Shown here: positions 1 through 13,050 of the stretch, piece by piece
How the letters are laid out: every line of letters starts with the position of its first letter
How positions within the stretch are numbered: position 1 is the first letter of the stretch
NCBI GenBank assembly: GCA_964016885.1
Contig: OZ024741.1
Location: 36,704,001 to 36,768,000 of the forward strand
Source: Eledone cirrhosa
Taxonomy: Eukaryota
Reading direction: 5' to 3'
DNA length: 64,000 bases
Notes under the pieces: generated by a model
Databases searched by the model: none
Told to the model about the DNA's origin: nothing
The model's input: the letters and a program-made list of their open reading frames with translations, nothing else
Translations under genes and position numbers: made by a program

Positions 1-3000
1 ATTAAAGGGTAGACTGGGTGTATTTTATCATGGCACCAGCACTACCTCATTAAAGGGTGGACTGGGTGTAATTTATCATGGCACCAGCACTAGCTCATTA
101 AAGGGTAGACTGGGTGTATTTTATCATGGCACCAGCACTACCTCATTACAGGGTGGACTGGGTGTAATTTATCATGGCACCAGCACTACCTCATTACAGG
201 GTGGACTGGGTGTAATTTATCATGGCACCAGCACTACCTCATTAAAGGGTGGACTGGGTGTATTATATCATGGCATCAGCACTACCTCATTACAGCATGG
301 ACTGGGTGTATTTTATCATGGCACCAGCACTACCTCATTACAGAGTGGACTGGGTGTATTTTATCATGGCACCAGCACTACCTCATTACATAGTGGACTG
401 GGTGTAATTTATCATGGCACCAGCACTACCTCATTAAAGGGTAGACTGGGTGTATTTTATCATGGCACCAGCACTACCTCATTAAAGGGTGGACTGGGTG
501 TATTTTATCATGGCACCAGCACTACCTCATTACAGCATGGACTGGGTGTATTTTATCATGGCACCAGCACTACCCCATTAAAGGGTGGACTGGGTGTAAT
601 TTATCATGGCACCAGCACTACCTTATTAAAGGGTGGACTGGGTGTATTTTATCATGACACCAGCACTACCTCATTACAGGGTGGACTGGGTGTATTTTAT
701 CATGGCACCAGCACTACCTCATTAAAGGGTGGACTGGGTGTATTATATCATGGCACCAGCACTACCTCATTACAGCATGGACTGGGTGTATTTTATGGCA
801 CCAGCACTACCTCATTACAGAGTGGACTGGGTGTATTTTATCATGGCACCAGCACTACCTCATTACATAGTGGACTGGGTGTAATTTATCATGGCACCAG
901 CACTACCTCATTAAAGGGTAGACTGGGTGTATTTTATCATGGCACCAGCACTACCTCATTAAAGGGTGGACTGGGTGTATTTTATGGCACCAGCACTATC
1001 TCATTACAGAGTGGACTGGGTGTATTTTATCATGGCACCAGCACTACGTCATTACACGGTGGACTGGGTGTAATTTATCATGGCACCAGCACTACCTCAT
1101 TACAGAGTGGACTGGCTGTATTTTATCATGGCACCAGCACTACCTCATTACAGCATGGACTGGGTGTATTTTATCATGGCACCAGCACTACCTCATTACA
1201 GGGTGGACTGGGTGTAATTTATCATGGCACCAGCACTACCTCATTAAAGGGTGGACTGGGTGTATTTTATCAGGGCACCAGCACTACCTCATTACAGAGT
1301 GGACTGGGTGTATTTTATCATGGCACCAGCACTACCTCATTACACGGTGGACTGGGTGTAATTTATCATGGCACCAGCACTACCTCATTACAGAGTGGAC
1401 TGGGTGTATTTTATCATGGCACCAGCACTACCTCATTACAGCATGGACTGGGTGTATTTTATCATGGCACCAGCACTACCTCATTACAGCATGGACTGGG
1501 TGTATTTTATCATGGCACCAGCACTACCTCATTACAGGGTGGACTGGGTGTAATTTATCATGGCACCAGCACTACCTCATTAAAGGGTGGACTGGGTGTA
1601 TTTTATCATGGCACCAGCACTACCTCATTACAGCATGGACTAGGTGTAATTTATCATGGCACCAGCACTACCTCATTAAAGGGTAGACTGGGTGTATTTT
1701 ATCATGGCACCAGCACTACCTCATTAAAGGGTGGACTGGGTGTAATTTATCATGGCACCAGCACTAGCTCATTAAAGGGTAGACTGGGTGTATTTTATCA
1801 TGGCACCAGCACTACCTCATTACAGGGTGGACTGGGTGTAATTTATCATGGCACCAGCACTACCTCATTACAGGGTGGACTGGGTGTAATTTATCATGGC
1901 ACCAGCACTACCTCATTACAGGGTGGACTGGGTGTAATTTATCATGGCACCAGCACTACCTTATTAAAGGGTGGATTGGGTGTATTTTATCATGACACCA
2001 GCACTACCTCATTACAGGGTGGACTGGGTGTATTTTATCATGGCACCAGCACTACCTCATTAAAGGATGGACTGGGTGTATTATATCATGGCATCAGCAC
2101 TACCTCATTACAGCATGGACTGGGTGTATTTTATCATGGCACCAGCACTACCTCATTACAGAGTGGACTGGGTGTATTTTATCATGGCACCAGCACTACC
2201 TCATTAAAGGGTGGACTGGGTGTAATTTATCATGGCACCAGCACTACCTCATTAAAGGGTAGACTGGGTGTATTTTATCATGGCACCAGCACTACCTCAT
2301 TAAAGGGTGGACTGGGTGTATTTTATCATGGCACCAGCACTATCTCATTACAGAGTGGACTGGGTGTATTTTATCATGGCACCAGCACTACCTCATTACA
2401 CGGTGGACTGGGTGTAATTTATCATGGCACCAGCACTACCTCATTACAGAGTGGACTCGGTGTATTTTATCATGGCACCAGCACTACCTCATTACAGGGT
2501 GGACTCGGTGTATTTTATCATGGCACCAGCACTACCTCATTACAGCATGGACTGGGTGTATTTTATCATGGCACCAGCACTACCTCATTACAGGGTGGAC
2601 TGGGTGTAATTTATCATGGCACCAGCACTACCTCATTAAAGGTTGGACTGGGTGTATTTTATCAGGGCACCAGCACTACCTCATTAAAGGGTGGACTGGG
2701 TGTAATTTATCATGGCACCAGCACTACTTCATTAAAGGGTGGACTGGGTGTATTTTATCATGGCACCAGCACTACCTCATTACAGCATGGACTAGGTGTA
2801 ATTTATCATGGCACCAGCACTACCTCATTAAAGGGTAGACTGGGTGTATTTTATCATGGCACCAGCACTACGTCATTACAGCATGGACTAGGTGTAATTT
2901 ATCATGGCACCAGCACTACCTCATTACAGGGTGGACTGGATGTAACTTATCATGGCACCAGCACTACCTCATTAAAGGGTAGACTGGGTGTATTTTATCA

Positions 3001-3797
3001 TGACACCAGCACTACTTCATTAAAGGGTAGACTGGGTGTATTTTATCATGGCACCAGCACTACGTCATTACAGCATGGACTAGGTGTAATTTATCATGGC
3101 ACCAGCACTACCTCATTACAAGGTGGACTGGGTGTAATTTATCATGGCACCAGCACTACCTCATTACAGGGTGGACTGGGTGTAATTTATCATGGCACCA
3201 GCACTACCTCATTACAGGGTGGACTGGGTGTAATTTATCATGGCACCAGCACTACCTCATTACAGGGTGGACTGGGTGTAATTTATCATGGCACCAGCAC
3301 TACCTCATTACAGGGTGGACTGGGTGTAATTTATCATGGCACCAGCACTACCTCATTAAAGGGTAGACTGGGTGTATTTTATCATGGCACCAGCACTACG
3401 TCATTACAGCATGGACTAGGTGTAATTTATCATGGCACCAGCACTACCTCATTACAGGGTGGTCTGTGTGTAATTTATCATGGCACCAGCACTACCTCAT
3501 TACAGGGTGGACTGGGTGTAATTTATCATGGCACCAGCACTACCTCATTACAGAGTGGACTGGGTGTATTTTATCATGGCACCAGCACTACCTCATTACA
3601 GAGTGGACTGGGTGTATTTTATCATGGCACCAGCACTACCTCATTGCAGAGTGGACTGGGTGTAATTTATCATGGCACCAGCACTACCTCATTACAGGGT
3701 GGTCTGTGTGTAATTTATCATGGCACCAGCACTACCTCATTGCAGAGTGGACTGGGTGTAATTTATCATGGCACCAGCACTACCTCATTGCAACACT
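1..3797. repeat. 48-bp tandem minisatellite, about 79 units, open at the window start
   Basis: Unit ATCATGGCACCAGCACTACCTCATTACAGGGTGGACTGGGTGTATTTT repeats with point variants; two units have a 3-bp deletion; it ends at ...CTCATTGCAACACTAGG. Confidence 0.98.
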
Positions 3798-5529
3798 AGG
3801 ATGCTTGTTGTGTCCTTAACAAAGCTGGGGAGACATTGATGGGAAAGTGAGAAATTTTAAAATGAGAGAGGGGTGCAGGCTGCAAGTTGCTTGCTAAGGT
3901 TGGGGGAATGATGATAAATAATGATGAGGATGATGATCCTCTGCTGCAGAGTATGTATGGAGGTGTGAATTAAATCAGTTTTGTGAAGTACTAAACTATC
4001 TGAAAGTTGGCAGTCATATTGTTTATTATGCCCATTATTGATTCATATCTCTCTCTGTGTCTCACCTTTTAACTACTACAGCATTATCTAGGTGTTTATT
4101 TGTTTAGCAATTTCTCTCATTTGTCATGGAAGGTTCTAGAAATGTTTACTTTCTTTTTCCTCCTTGACCTCCTCTGATCCAGCAGACTAATGAACTGAGA
4201 TCACCCCATCTTGTTTTCAGATGTAACATTTCTACAGTTATAATAGCTAATATGTACTTTGTTTTTAAGACAATAAGGTGTGATTTGGGGGAGATTTGGC
4301 TGCTATTTCTAGCAGGTCTAGCTATTTCACTGCACAGATGCTCTTTCATTGGTTTGTATAATATACATAGAAATATAATGAATTTTGTATACTTCGTAGA
4401 TGTTTGGGACAAATTTAAGATTTCCATCATCTGGATCAATAATTCTTGCAAACATTGAAATTTGTAGCCAACCTATGCCTGCATGAAAATATAGGGTCAT
4501 CATCATCATCAATATCATCATCCATTTTTCTTGCTAGCAAAGGAGCAACACACTAAAACAGGAACAAACTAAACATTTTTATATGAGAAGAGATACTCTA
4601 GCTAGGCTAGAATCTTTCTTGATATAGATCCATATGCTCTTCTCATATAATTCTCCTAAGTCTGCAATATGAGCATTTTTTTAATGTTGGGGAAACATTT
4701 AAACCTTTCTAGGCAGTGGATTGGCACAGTTAGAGCAACAGACTAAACACCTTGGTACTTTGTTCCTGGTTCTCTGTACTCTGAGTTCAAATTCTGCTGA
4801 GATCAACTTTAGATTTCAGGGTTAAGAAATTCAGTATCATTCCAAGGCGTGGAGGATTGACAATTATTAGAGAATTAGATGGGATACTTTGTGGCACCTG
4901 TTCTAGTTCTGTATTTTTTGAGTTCAAATTCCACTTCTTGTCATGGAAGTGGATGCTTTTTCCAGGAATTGTGATGCTTTTTCCAGGAATTGTGACTGAC
5001 AGATAGTGTCAGCAATGCAAAGATCAATGAAAACAGTTTTCTTGGTTTTATCTGATAAGTGACTTCTTTCCTGTTCCTTCCATGTGTAAACTTTGCTCTG
5101 TTGTTGTTATTATCCTCTTCCACCTCCTTTTAGAGTCGAAAAACTAAAGTACCAGTCAATGTACTGGTGTTAATATAATCAATTTTTCTCTCTAAATGTT
5201 TTGCCTCAATATGTTGTTAGAAATGTTTCATTTAAATCTTACCAAGGTCAACTTTGCCATACATTTTTCCAGGGTTGTTAAAATAAGATATCGGTCAGTT
5301 TTGACTGGTTCCTAATTGAGGAAGGTACAGAATTGTCCAGTGAAAAACTAAGGCAGTTAATGGATTGTGTGAGATGGAAAGGTTTTATGATGTCACCACA
5401 AAGAAATGGACGAATTTAGTCGTAGTAGTACCAGTCAAGTTCTAGGGTCAATTTAATTGGTTTATCCCTTTCCCTAAATTGTTGGCTCTGTGTCTAAATT
5501 AGAAGTCATTATTATTAGTAGTAGTAGTC

Positions 5530-5748
5530 AAGGGTGGTAGATGTCAGACACCATGCTTTGCAGCATAGAGTTACAGCTCTTTACAGTCCGAGTTCAAATC
5601 CTGCTGGGGTTAGCTTTGCCTTTCTTCATTACGAGGTTGATAAAATAAAGTACCAGTAATGCACTGGGGTCGATTTGATTGACTTTCTCCATCCCCTAAA
5701 ATTTGCTGGCCTTGTGCTTAAATTAGAAGTCATTATTATTATTAGTAG
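5530..5748 (+). mobile_element. tRNA-derived SINE with Nin/Deu-like central domain
   Basis: B-box-like GAGTTCAAATCC, then GCCTTTC...GAGGTTGATAAAATAAAGTACCAG resembling the Deu/Nin domain, then an (ATT)n tail. Degraded relatives lie at ~4710-4940, 5130-5300 and 5420-5525. Confidence 0.6.
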
Positions 5749-5789
5749 TCTTATTTTTATTGAAATTGTGCCAAAAAGGGTAGAGAGGA

Positions 5790-6110
5790 CTCTTCAGCCA
5801 TGTCAAGAATATGGTAATTTCTCTAGTGTTGGTGCTATGATAAAATACACTTAGTGCACTCTATAAAGTGGCTGACATTGAAACCATGCCAAAAAGAAAA
5901 TTGTATCAAGTACATAGCAACTTCTCTAGTACAATAAAATGCACCCAGTAGGGACCATGCAAAAATTTGAATGCATATAAGTGTCATGTGGCCTCCAGCT
6001 AGTCTCAGAGGGCCATAGCTTCAATTAAGTACAGCCATGGTCTCTATTGACCCATTCAACTCATACCAATAAGGAAAAGTGGATGTAAAAAAGCGATGAT
6101 GATGATGATG
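5790..6110 (+). mobile_element. Degraded RTE-tail-related dispersed repeat ending in (GAT)n
   Basis: GGTGCTATGATAAAATACACTTAGTGCACTCTATAAAGTGG motif and terminal GGATGTAAAAAAGCGATGATGATGATG resemble the RTE 3' end at 14050-14254. Confidence 0.5.
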
Positions 6111-6789
6111 CTTTCACTGCACAACTGAGTGCATTTCCTTGTGCTTTGGGCATGTCCTGTGTTTTGTTTTTTCTATCATTCAACATACTCCACTTAACAA
6201 GTGCATGTGGTGCCTAGTAGTGCTATTTTCTGTATGTTATGCACATTTGCAAGATACACATATGCCATTATATAATCATCATCACCATCAGTATTATGAT
6301 CATCATAATGTTTTATTTAGAAAGTGAAACAAATGTTATTGGAGAGAGAGAGAGAGAACCCCAGAACGTTGTCTGCCTATTAACTAACAAACTAATTACA
6401 GTTATTATCTCTGTTTGTGTTGTCAAATACTGTCTATTTTTGCTTTGTTTCTGTGTTAGTCACATACTCTAGTCACATACTCTAGTCTATTCAGTCATTG
6501 TGTTTGTCAGTAGAACAGCTAATAAACAAATACATTTTATTCCAAAAACTCCAGGATATTTTCAATAAAACATTCTTGTTATATATATGCCTTTGTATTC
6601 TACTTCTTTTCTTCTTTTTCCTTTGAAGTCTCCAGTTAACAGATAAGCTTTGGTTGTTAAGTATGTCATTGTTAATAAACACTATATGACATGGCATAGA
6701 CATCTAGATATAGACATCCGTTTCTTTATACTGTATATAACAAAGCAAAAGAAAGGAGTTCGTTGTCAGATTGGACTAAAGAAATTCTC

Positions 6790-6855
6790 TTTTCATTGCT
6801 CATACTATTTGTTTTCATTGCTCATACTATTTGTTTTCATTGCTCATACTATTTG
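6790..6855. repeat. 22-bp tandem repeat x3
   Basis: TTTTCATTGCTCATACTATTTG occurs three times in tandem. Confidence 0.85.
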
Positions 6856-7601
6856 CTGGTTGCAACTACTTACAGAAGGAGCTAGGATTTGAACTCAGAA
6901 TTCACTGAGCTGGAACAGATAATGCAAATCATGCTGTCCACCTTTTTAACAATTCTGCAAAACCACTGTTCCTGGAATGATACTTTATTTATTGACCCCA
7001 GAAAGATGGAAATCAAAGTTGACCTCAATCGAATTTGAACTCTGTCTCTGCTAGTTTGCTGCCTAAGTAACATGATATACCTTTTTCTACATGGTGTAAA
7101 GGAAGGAAAGGTCCCCTTCAGCCATGACTGGCCCCAGGTTTTGTATCCATAACTGACTGACCAGTGCAAGTTGATTGGTGGAAGACCAACAGTCATCCAT
7201 GCATACAGGTCCCTGTTCTCTGCACCACTGATGTTGTCCAAGGGAAAGGTAGAAGCTGATACATCTTGGCACCAATGTTGCAACTACAGTATATACTCAA
7301 ATACAAGCACTTCCTTGCTTTTGCCAACCCCCATTTTATGTCTGAGAAATGGGCAAAAACCCAAACCCTGTTTATAAACTGAGGCAGCTAATTAACACAT
7401 GGTGTGGTCTTGAAATTCTCATGAATGGAGAAAATATTTACAAAGTTTTAATATTTTGATATTTAAAATGTTTTACATGTCATTTACAACATCAGCGGGT
7501 GTGTTAAATGTTAAAGGTTTCTAAAGTACCCCCGTTGCTGTCACAGACTGTTAATATATAAATTGCTTTGCTGCATAGAGTTATGGCCCTTTACGGTCTG
7601 A

Positions 7602-7810
7602 GAAGATGTGTATAACATGGTATATCATGGTATATCATTGTCTACAAGATGTGTATAACATGATATATCGTTGAAGACAACGATGTATCACATTATACAC
7701 ATCTTCTAGACAAGATGTGTATAACATGGCATGCCTTTGTCTATAAGATATATATAACATGGTATATTGTTGCCTACATGGTATATTGTTGTCTATAAGA
7801 TGTATATCAT
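7602..7810. repeat. Degenerate ~33-35-bp tandem repeat
   Basis: Recurrent AAGATGTGTATAACATGGTATATCATTGTCTAC-like units. Confidence 0.65.
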
Positions 7811-8164
7811 AGACCCCATAATAAATTACATACTGATCATTGAGTCTTTTTTGAGGAAATAATTTATGGATGCTCTTCCTAGCACCAACTCTATTAGTCA
7901 CCTCTTAAAACACAGACATACAATATACCTATTCTGAACCAGATACACACACACGCACAGTATTTTGAGCTGTAGCTGTATAATCTATATTATAAAAGAA
8001 GAGCTGTCTGTCCATCCTGGCACACTTATATGTATATATATAATACATATAATTTTTTTTTTTGTGTAAGTTTATGTAAGTCCTTCAACATATAGACAAC
8101 AAACACAGACTTTAAAAAAAGACTTTCACTATGAGAAGTTGTTATTGTTGAGAGAGAAATACAG

Positions 8165-8177
8165 TGAGAGAGAGAGA

Positions 8178-8206
<29 letters not shown>
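8165..8206. repeat. Compound microsatellite (GA)n(GT)n
   Basis: Directly visible. Confidence 0.95.
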
Positions 8207-8211
<5 letters not shown>

Positions 8212-8237
8212 TAGATAGGTAGTGTTGTCACAATCTT

Positions 8238-8582
8238 AACTATAATAATTGTTTCTACTTTAGGCACAAGGCCAGCAATTACCCAGTACATTACTAGTAC
8301 TTTATTTTATCGACCTCGTAAGGATGAAAGGCAAAGTTAACCTCGGCGGGATTTGAACTCAGACTGTAAAGGGACAACTATAATAATTGTTTCTACTTTT
8401 GGTACAAGGCCAGCAAATACCCAGTGTATTACTGGTACTTTATTTTATCGACCCCGTAAGGATGAAAAGCAAAGTTAACCTCGGCGGGATTTGAACTCAG
8501 ATCGTAAAGGGACATAACTATGCTGGAAAGCATGTCTGACCCTCTACCAATACTGCCAATTCACAGGGACAACTATAATAAT
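8238..8582 (-). mobile_element. Nin/Deu-like SINE with a 138-bp internal tandem duplication
   Basis: AACTATAATAATTGTTTCTAC...GGATTTGAACTCAGA..GTAAAGGGAC starts at 8238 and again at 8376; it is the reverse complement of the 5530 family. Confidence 0.7.
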
Positions 8583-8994
8583 AGTAACTGATGAGCTTTG
8601 ATTGAAAACAGGAAATTCACTGTCTGTGTGTGTTTCTGTATGCCCTAAGGAAAACCTGGGGCTACAACTAGTGTGATATACAAGGTGGCAAATTGACAGA
8701 GTTGTGAAAGCGCAGGTAAAAAATACCTTGCAGTAATTATTTCAACTCACTGTGTTTTAAGGCCAACTGTCTGTCCTTGTGAGCTTGAAATAAAATACCA
8801 GTCAAAGGTGATGGATTGTCAGATTTGTTAGAGTGTGGGGTGGAATACTTTGCAATATTTGTTTTGGCTTTTTACATCCTGAGTTCATATATACAAGATG
8901 TATATACCTATACAATATATATATAATTATGTTTACATCATATATATATAACTATTTTCACAATATATATATATATATGCTGATATAACATGTA

Positions 8995-9245
8995 CTCTTG
9001 GGTTTTGAATAATCGCCCCCTTCACCCCTGTGTATTACTTTTTCAGATCCCCCTCCCTCTCTTATTCCAACTTCCTTGTTTATTAAACTTTGGTAATCTA
9101 TCTTCGACAAAATTTTATTTTAAGTAAAATAAATAGGATGGGTTGGGTGTCTCAAAATGTAAACTAAACAACTACTGTTTTTTTTTAAAAATCAACGGAG
9201 ACAACCTAGAAAAATACCCCCCACCCCATTATTTGTGACCAAGAG
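8995..9245. mobile_element. Possible TA-flanked MITE
   Basis: Ends TA|CTCTTGGGTTTTGAATAAT and ATTATTTGTGACCAAGAG|TA form imperfect inverted repeats. Confidence 0.35.
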
Positions 9246-9854
9246 TATACATCTATACAACACATACACACACACATATATGTATAGTTATGCAATATGT
9301 GTATAACTATGTTTAAAACTAAACAATATGTAAATAACTACTCTTTTATTCTTTTACTGGTTACAGCCACTAGGCAACTGTGGCCATACTGGAGCTCTAC
9401 CTTAAATATGCTCACAACCTGCTTTTAAAGAACAATAACACTTATGTAATATGAATTACGTTCAACTATGACCTAAAATTAGGTTATACATAAAACTACA
9501 TGCTAGCAACTTAAATCTATTGTTCCACCCATGGGCACCAAAATTGATTTTTTTTTATTGACATTGTCTTTATTATTTATTTATTTTAAATAATAATAAG
9601 ACAAACAGGTTGCCACAGTTATGGTGACATTAATTCTTGTTTTGTACCACAACAAACTCAAGGCATTCATGAAAAGTACTGAACAACATTATGACAAGAT
9701 TTTGACAGATTTTCACAACGATCTATCCAGCAATAAAGATATTACAAGCATTTGAATTAACAAACCCATTGTTAGATATTTTCAGCTAAGTCATCTTAAC
9801 TGTCTACAACAATTCCCAACAACATTTGCTTGCCACATATATAAATTTTCTTAA

Positions 9855-10049
9855 CCTTTTTGATACCAAACCACCCATGGTTCTACAACACAAAACTGTT
9901 TGTTTTTAAAGTGTTTATATTTATCTAAAATCCTTTATGTTATATTCCAAGCACCAGATAAATTATGAGAAAGTTATATCACTAAATCCTTCAAAATGAT
10001 TTGAAAATCATTGGCAGTGGTTTTCATTTGAAATATGGTAACAAAAGGG
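9855..10049. mobile_element. piggyBac-like non-autonomous MITE
   Basis: TTAA on both sides; TIRs CCTTTTTGATACCA / TGGTAACAAAAGGG (12/14 match). Similar degraded elements lie near 13.2-14.35 kb and 63.58-63.84 kb. Confidence 0.6.
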
Positions 10050-10349
10050 TTAAGAATATTCAAATTTAGTTCCTAGTAAAGCAGTTTTTATAATGCTGTA
10101 TGTATCTAGTTTAGAATAGGTACACCATATCTCTGCATGTCAGAAGGTGTGACTAAAAAGGTTGGCATCTGGACATAAAACATTGTCTCAAAAAAGTACC
10201 ACGTGATGCGTGGTTTGACATGAGACTGTTGAGGAAACTTAAAACACTTGGTTTTGTTGCCTCAAGGGAAATGTAAAACGTTGTATTTAAAAAAAAAATT
10301 TTATTATAGAACTTCACTTCTCCTTATTGTAATATTGTATTTATTTCAG

Positions 10350-10517
10350 GAAATTGTTGGGTACCGCCTTAATAAAAAGAAACAGGTTCTCTACTGGTTC
10401 TTAACCATCCTTTCTTTGGGATTTCTGCGCCTTTTCTTCTACTGGCTTCCCAGATATTATCTCTACTTAACCTATGATAAATGTTCTTTAGAGGACGCCG
10501 AAGAAATTCTGCTCAAG
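10350..10517 (+). CDS. ATP13A3: P5B-type ATPase (ATP13A2/3-like), first visible coding exon
   Basis: tttcag|GAA...AAG|gtaatt; EIVGYRLNKKKQVLYWFLTILSLGFLRLFFYWLPRYYLYLTYDKCSLEDAEEILLK matches the P5-ATPase N-terminal EIxGY...GxLxLxxYWxP pattern; phase 0/0. Paralog assignment is approximate. Confidence 0.9.
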
Positions 10518-10804
10518 GTAATTTTCATATTTTATTATTTTATTCTTTTACTGGATTCACTCATTAGACTGGGGCCATTCTTGGGCACCACCCTGAGATT
10601 TAGTCGATCATATTAACCCCAGTACATCATATCTGGTACTTATTTTATCTATCTGCTTATGATGAACCTTTTGTTTTCAAAGAGTAGGTCAAGTTTTGTC
10701 AACCAGACAAACAAAGAAGGACAGTGTTGTATGTCCTATCCTGGGATGCAGCTCAGTAGATGATGATGATGGTGATAACATCTGAAATGTGTGTGTGTAA
10801 ACAC

Positions 10805-11102
10805 GGCAGGTGTTAGGAAAGGAATCCAGCTGTAAAAATCCCAGCTAAATTACAGACTCATTTTGAGCAAGGTATGACTCGGTCAATTGGCCAGACTTGC
10901 CACACAACTGTGCCACGCAGTTCCACACTGTAAACATGGTTGGCATTAGGAAGGGCATCCAACTGTAAAAATCTCAGCCAAAATACAGTTCCATTTGAAC
11001 AAGGTACAGCGCTGCCAGCTGGCCAGACTTATCTCATAGCGAGGACAACCTGTCTAACCCATGCAAGCATGGAAAAATAGACATTAAACGGTGGTGATTA
11101 TG

Positions 11103-11105
<3 letters not shown>
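10805..11105 (+). mobile_element. RTE 3'-tail-related repeat, partly duplicated
   Basis: TTAGGAAGGGCATCCAACTGTAAAAATC-like motif twice, then GGACAACCTGTCTAACCCATGCAAGCATGG and a GAT-type tail, as in the RTE 3' end. Confidence 0.6.
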
Positions 11106-11134
<29 letters not shown>

Positions 11135-11137
<3 letters not shown>

Positions 11138-12441
11138 GGTGCGGACGATATTTGTTCGCAAGATTACTGTCTAGGAAAAAAATAACACAGTAGTTTTATT
11201 TTTTAAGATATATTTATCAAATTTGGGTCAGTTTGTCTTCATGACTTGTTCTTTCAATCTCACTCGATAAACCTGCCATTGGCTTTGATGATGGCCTCAA
11301 GGCGGTCTCGGAACCGGCTACAGGCCTTCGTCACTGTCCCCCGACTTAGGCCCCTAAAGGCACTTGTGATCCTGGCCTTCAGATCGTCTTTCGTATTGCA
11401 GCTAGATCTGTTGGTGTCTCATTCCACTGCGCCCCACACAAAGAAGTCAAGGGGTTGCAGTCAGGTGAGCTGGGAGGCCAGATGTCAGGTGAAGTGTGGT
11501 CGACGAAGTTCTCTGACAGCCAGGCTTGGGTCTTTCGGCTGGTATGGCAGGGCGCTGAGTCTTGCTGCCACACGTACGGCCTACCTGCAGCTACCTGGTC
11601 GATCCAGGGTTTTACTACCTCGCTCAGAACGCGGATGTAGCCATCGGTGTTCAGCTTGAGGCCCTCAGGGAAGAAGTGAGGTGGCATGACGTCACCTTGA
11701 CTGCTGACGACACCTAAGACCAATGTTGTCGCTGGAAACTTTGTCTGCATGACTCTGGGCCCGTCTTTGGATGAGACAGTGAGCCACCTGTTGTTCTGGG
11801 AGTTGATCTTCTGGTCTTGGCAGACGTTTTTCTTGTCTGAGAAAAACCACAGCATGTCTGGCTCCAGTGGGTGTTTCAACTTGTTGATCAGCTTATTTGC
11901 GTGCTTCAGTCGCTTTTCTTGCATCGCCTTTGACAAAAATTGTCCTTTCCTCATCTTTTATGAAACGTAGCGAATGTCTTCATATACCTCCAGCCTAATG
12001 AGCTTTTCATCCACGCCTTTCTCCCTTGCAATGGCACGCATCGACTTGCTAGGTTCATTGTTGATGATATCCTGAACTTCAGCGATGAACTCGGACGTTC
12101 TGAAGGTGTCAGATCTTCAATCATGTGTTTTCCTCTCTGATGTTGCTTCGTAGTCGAATCCTGAATCTTCCAATTCCTTTCTGACCTTTTCCACCATTCT
12201 CCTGCTGATGCTGAGAAAGTCTGAAATTTCCTTATTTGTCCTCCCGGCGTGGATTCCAAGAAGAACTCCGTGTCTCTTCCACAAATTTGGAGGTTCAAAA
12301 TTATTCATAATCAATTATTCTGAAAATAAATAATGGAAATATAGTCACTGTTTTTATGAAGACAAGAGTGACAACGAAAGTAAAAAAAATTTGCATCAAA
12401 TTAGCAGTTGAAAATTGCGAACAAATATCGTCCACACCCTG
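11135..12441 (-). mobile_element. Full-length Tc1/mariner transposon, DD37D (maT) family, ~1.3 kb
   Basis: 27-bp TIRs CAGGGTGYGGACGATATTTGTTCGCAA (1 mismatch), flanked by TA inside a (TA)n tract. Confidence 0.93.
11260..12308 (-). pseudogene. Disrupted DD37D transposase
   Basis: MNNFEPPNLWKR... HTH-like start, FFSDKK, WQQDSAPCH-...-WPPSSPDCNPL[D]FFVW with 37 residues between the 2nd and 3rd Asp after correcting a 1-bp frameshift; further stops and frameshifts are present. Confidence 0.88.
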
Positions 12442-13050
12442 TATATATATATATCTTATCATGCTTTTTTTCCATGCTGGCATGAACCAAGTCAATGTTT
12501 AACTTGACTTGCTGCACCATACACAAGTTTGGGAACCACACCTCATTGGTTGATATTCTCCATTTGTGGCATGGTTTCTATAGTTACTCTTTCTAACACT
12601 AACCACTCTACAGAGTGTACTAGATACTTTTATACATACCTTAGATAGGTTGTTGTATCCTTAACATGATAGAAGAGTCCTCTCAACCTTATGTTGCTAT
12701 CATTTAAATGCTGGACAATTAGAAGAATCTACTTGGTACTTTTTATTGTAATACCAACACTAGTGAAGTTGTCCTGCCTTTGCTAAGCTAAATAATGCTC
12801 TCCACTCCCAATGTTGATATGGAAAACTATAAATTTACATTGATTGGCTGATGTGATTTGCCTCAATAGCTTATCAAAATATATACCTTATATGTGTATG
12901 TAAATCTGTCATCAGAGTGTACTGGGTGCTTTTTATCATGGCAAGGGAGGTTTTCATGTCCTTGACATGAATGAAGATTCATCTCTACTATATGGTGTCA
13001 ATGTTCAAATACTGCTCAATAGTTTACACATGTACTTCTTTCTTTTTCAG

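Noticed and set aside
1976-3799. 607-aa repetitive ORF as a real gene
   Set aside because: It begins at a chance TTG within a 48-bp (multiple of 3) array that appears TE-derived; there is no ATG or other gene evidence.
3908-3972. Candidate first ATPase exon (MMINNDEDDDPLLQ)
   Set aside because: The GTATGT donor would be phase 1 while the next exon needs phase 0; it looks like a degenerate (GAT)n tract. The true upstream exon was not found and may lie outside the window.
4146-7901. Assorted 60-130-aa ORFs
   Set aside because: No recognisable motifs; they overlap degraded SINEs and low-complexity intronic DNA.
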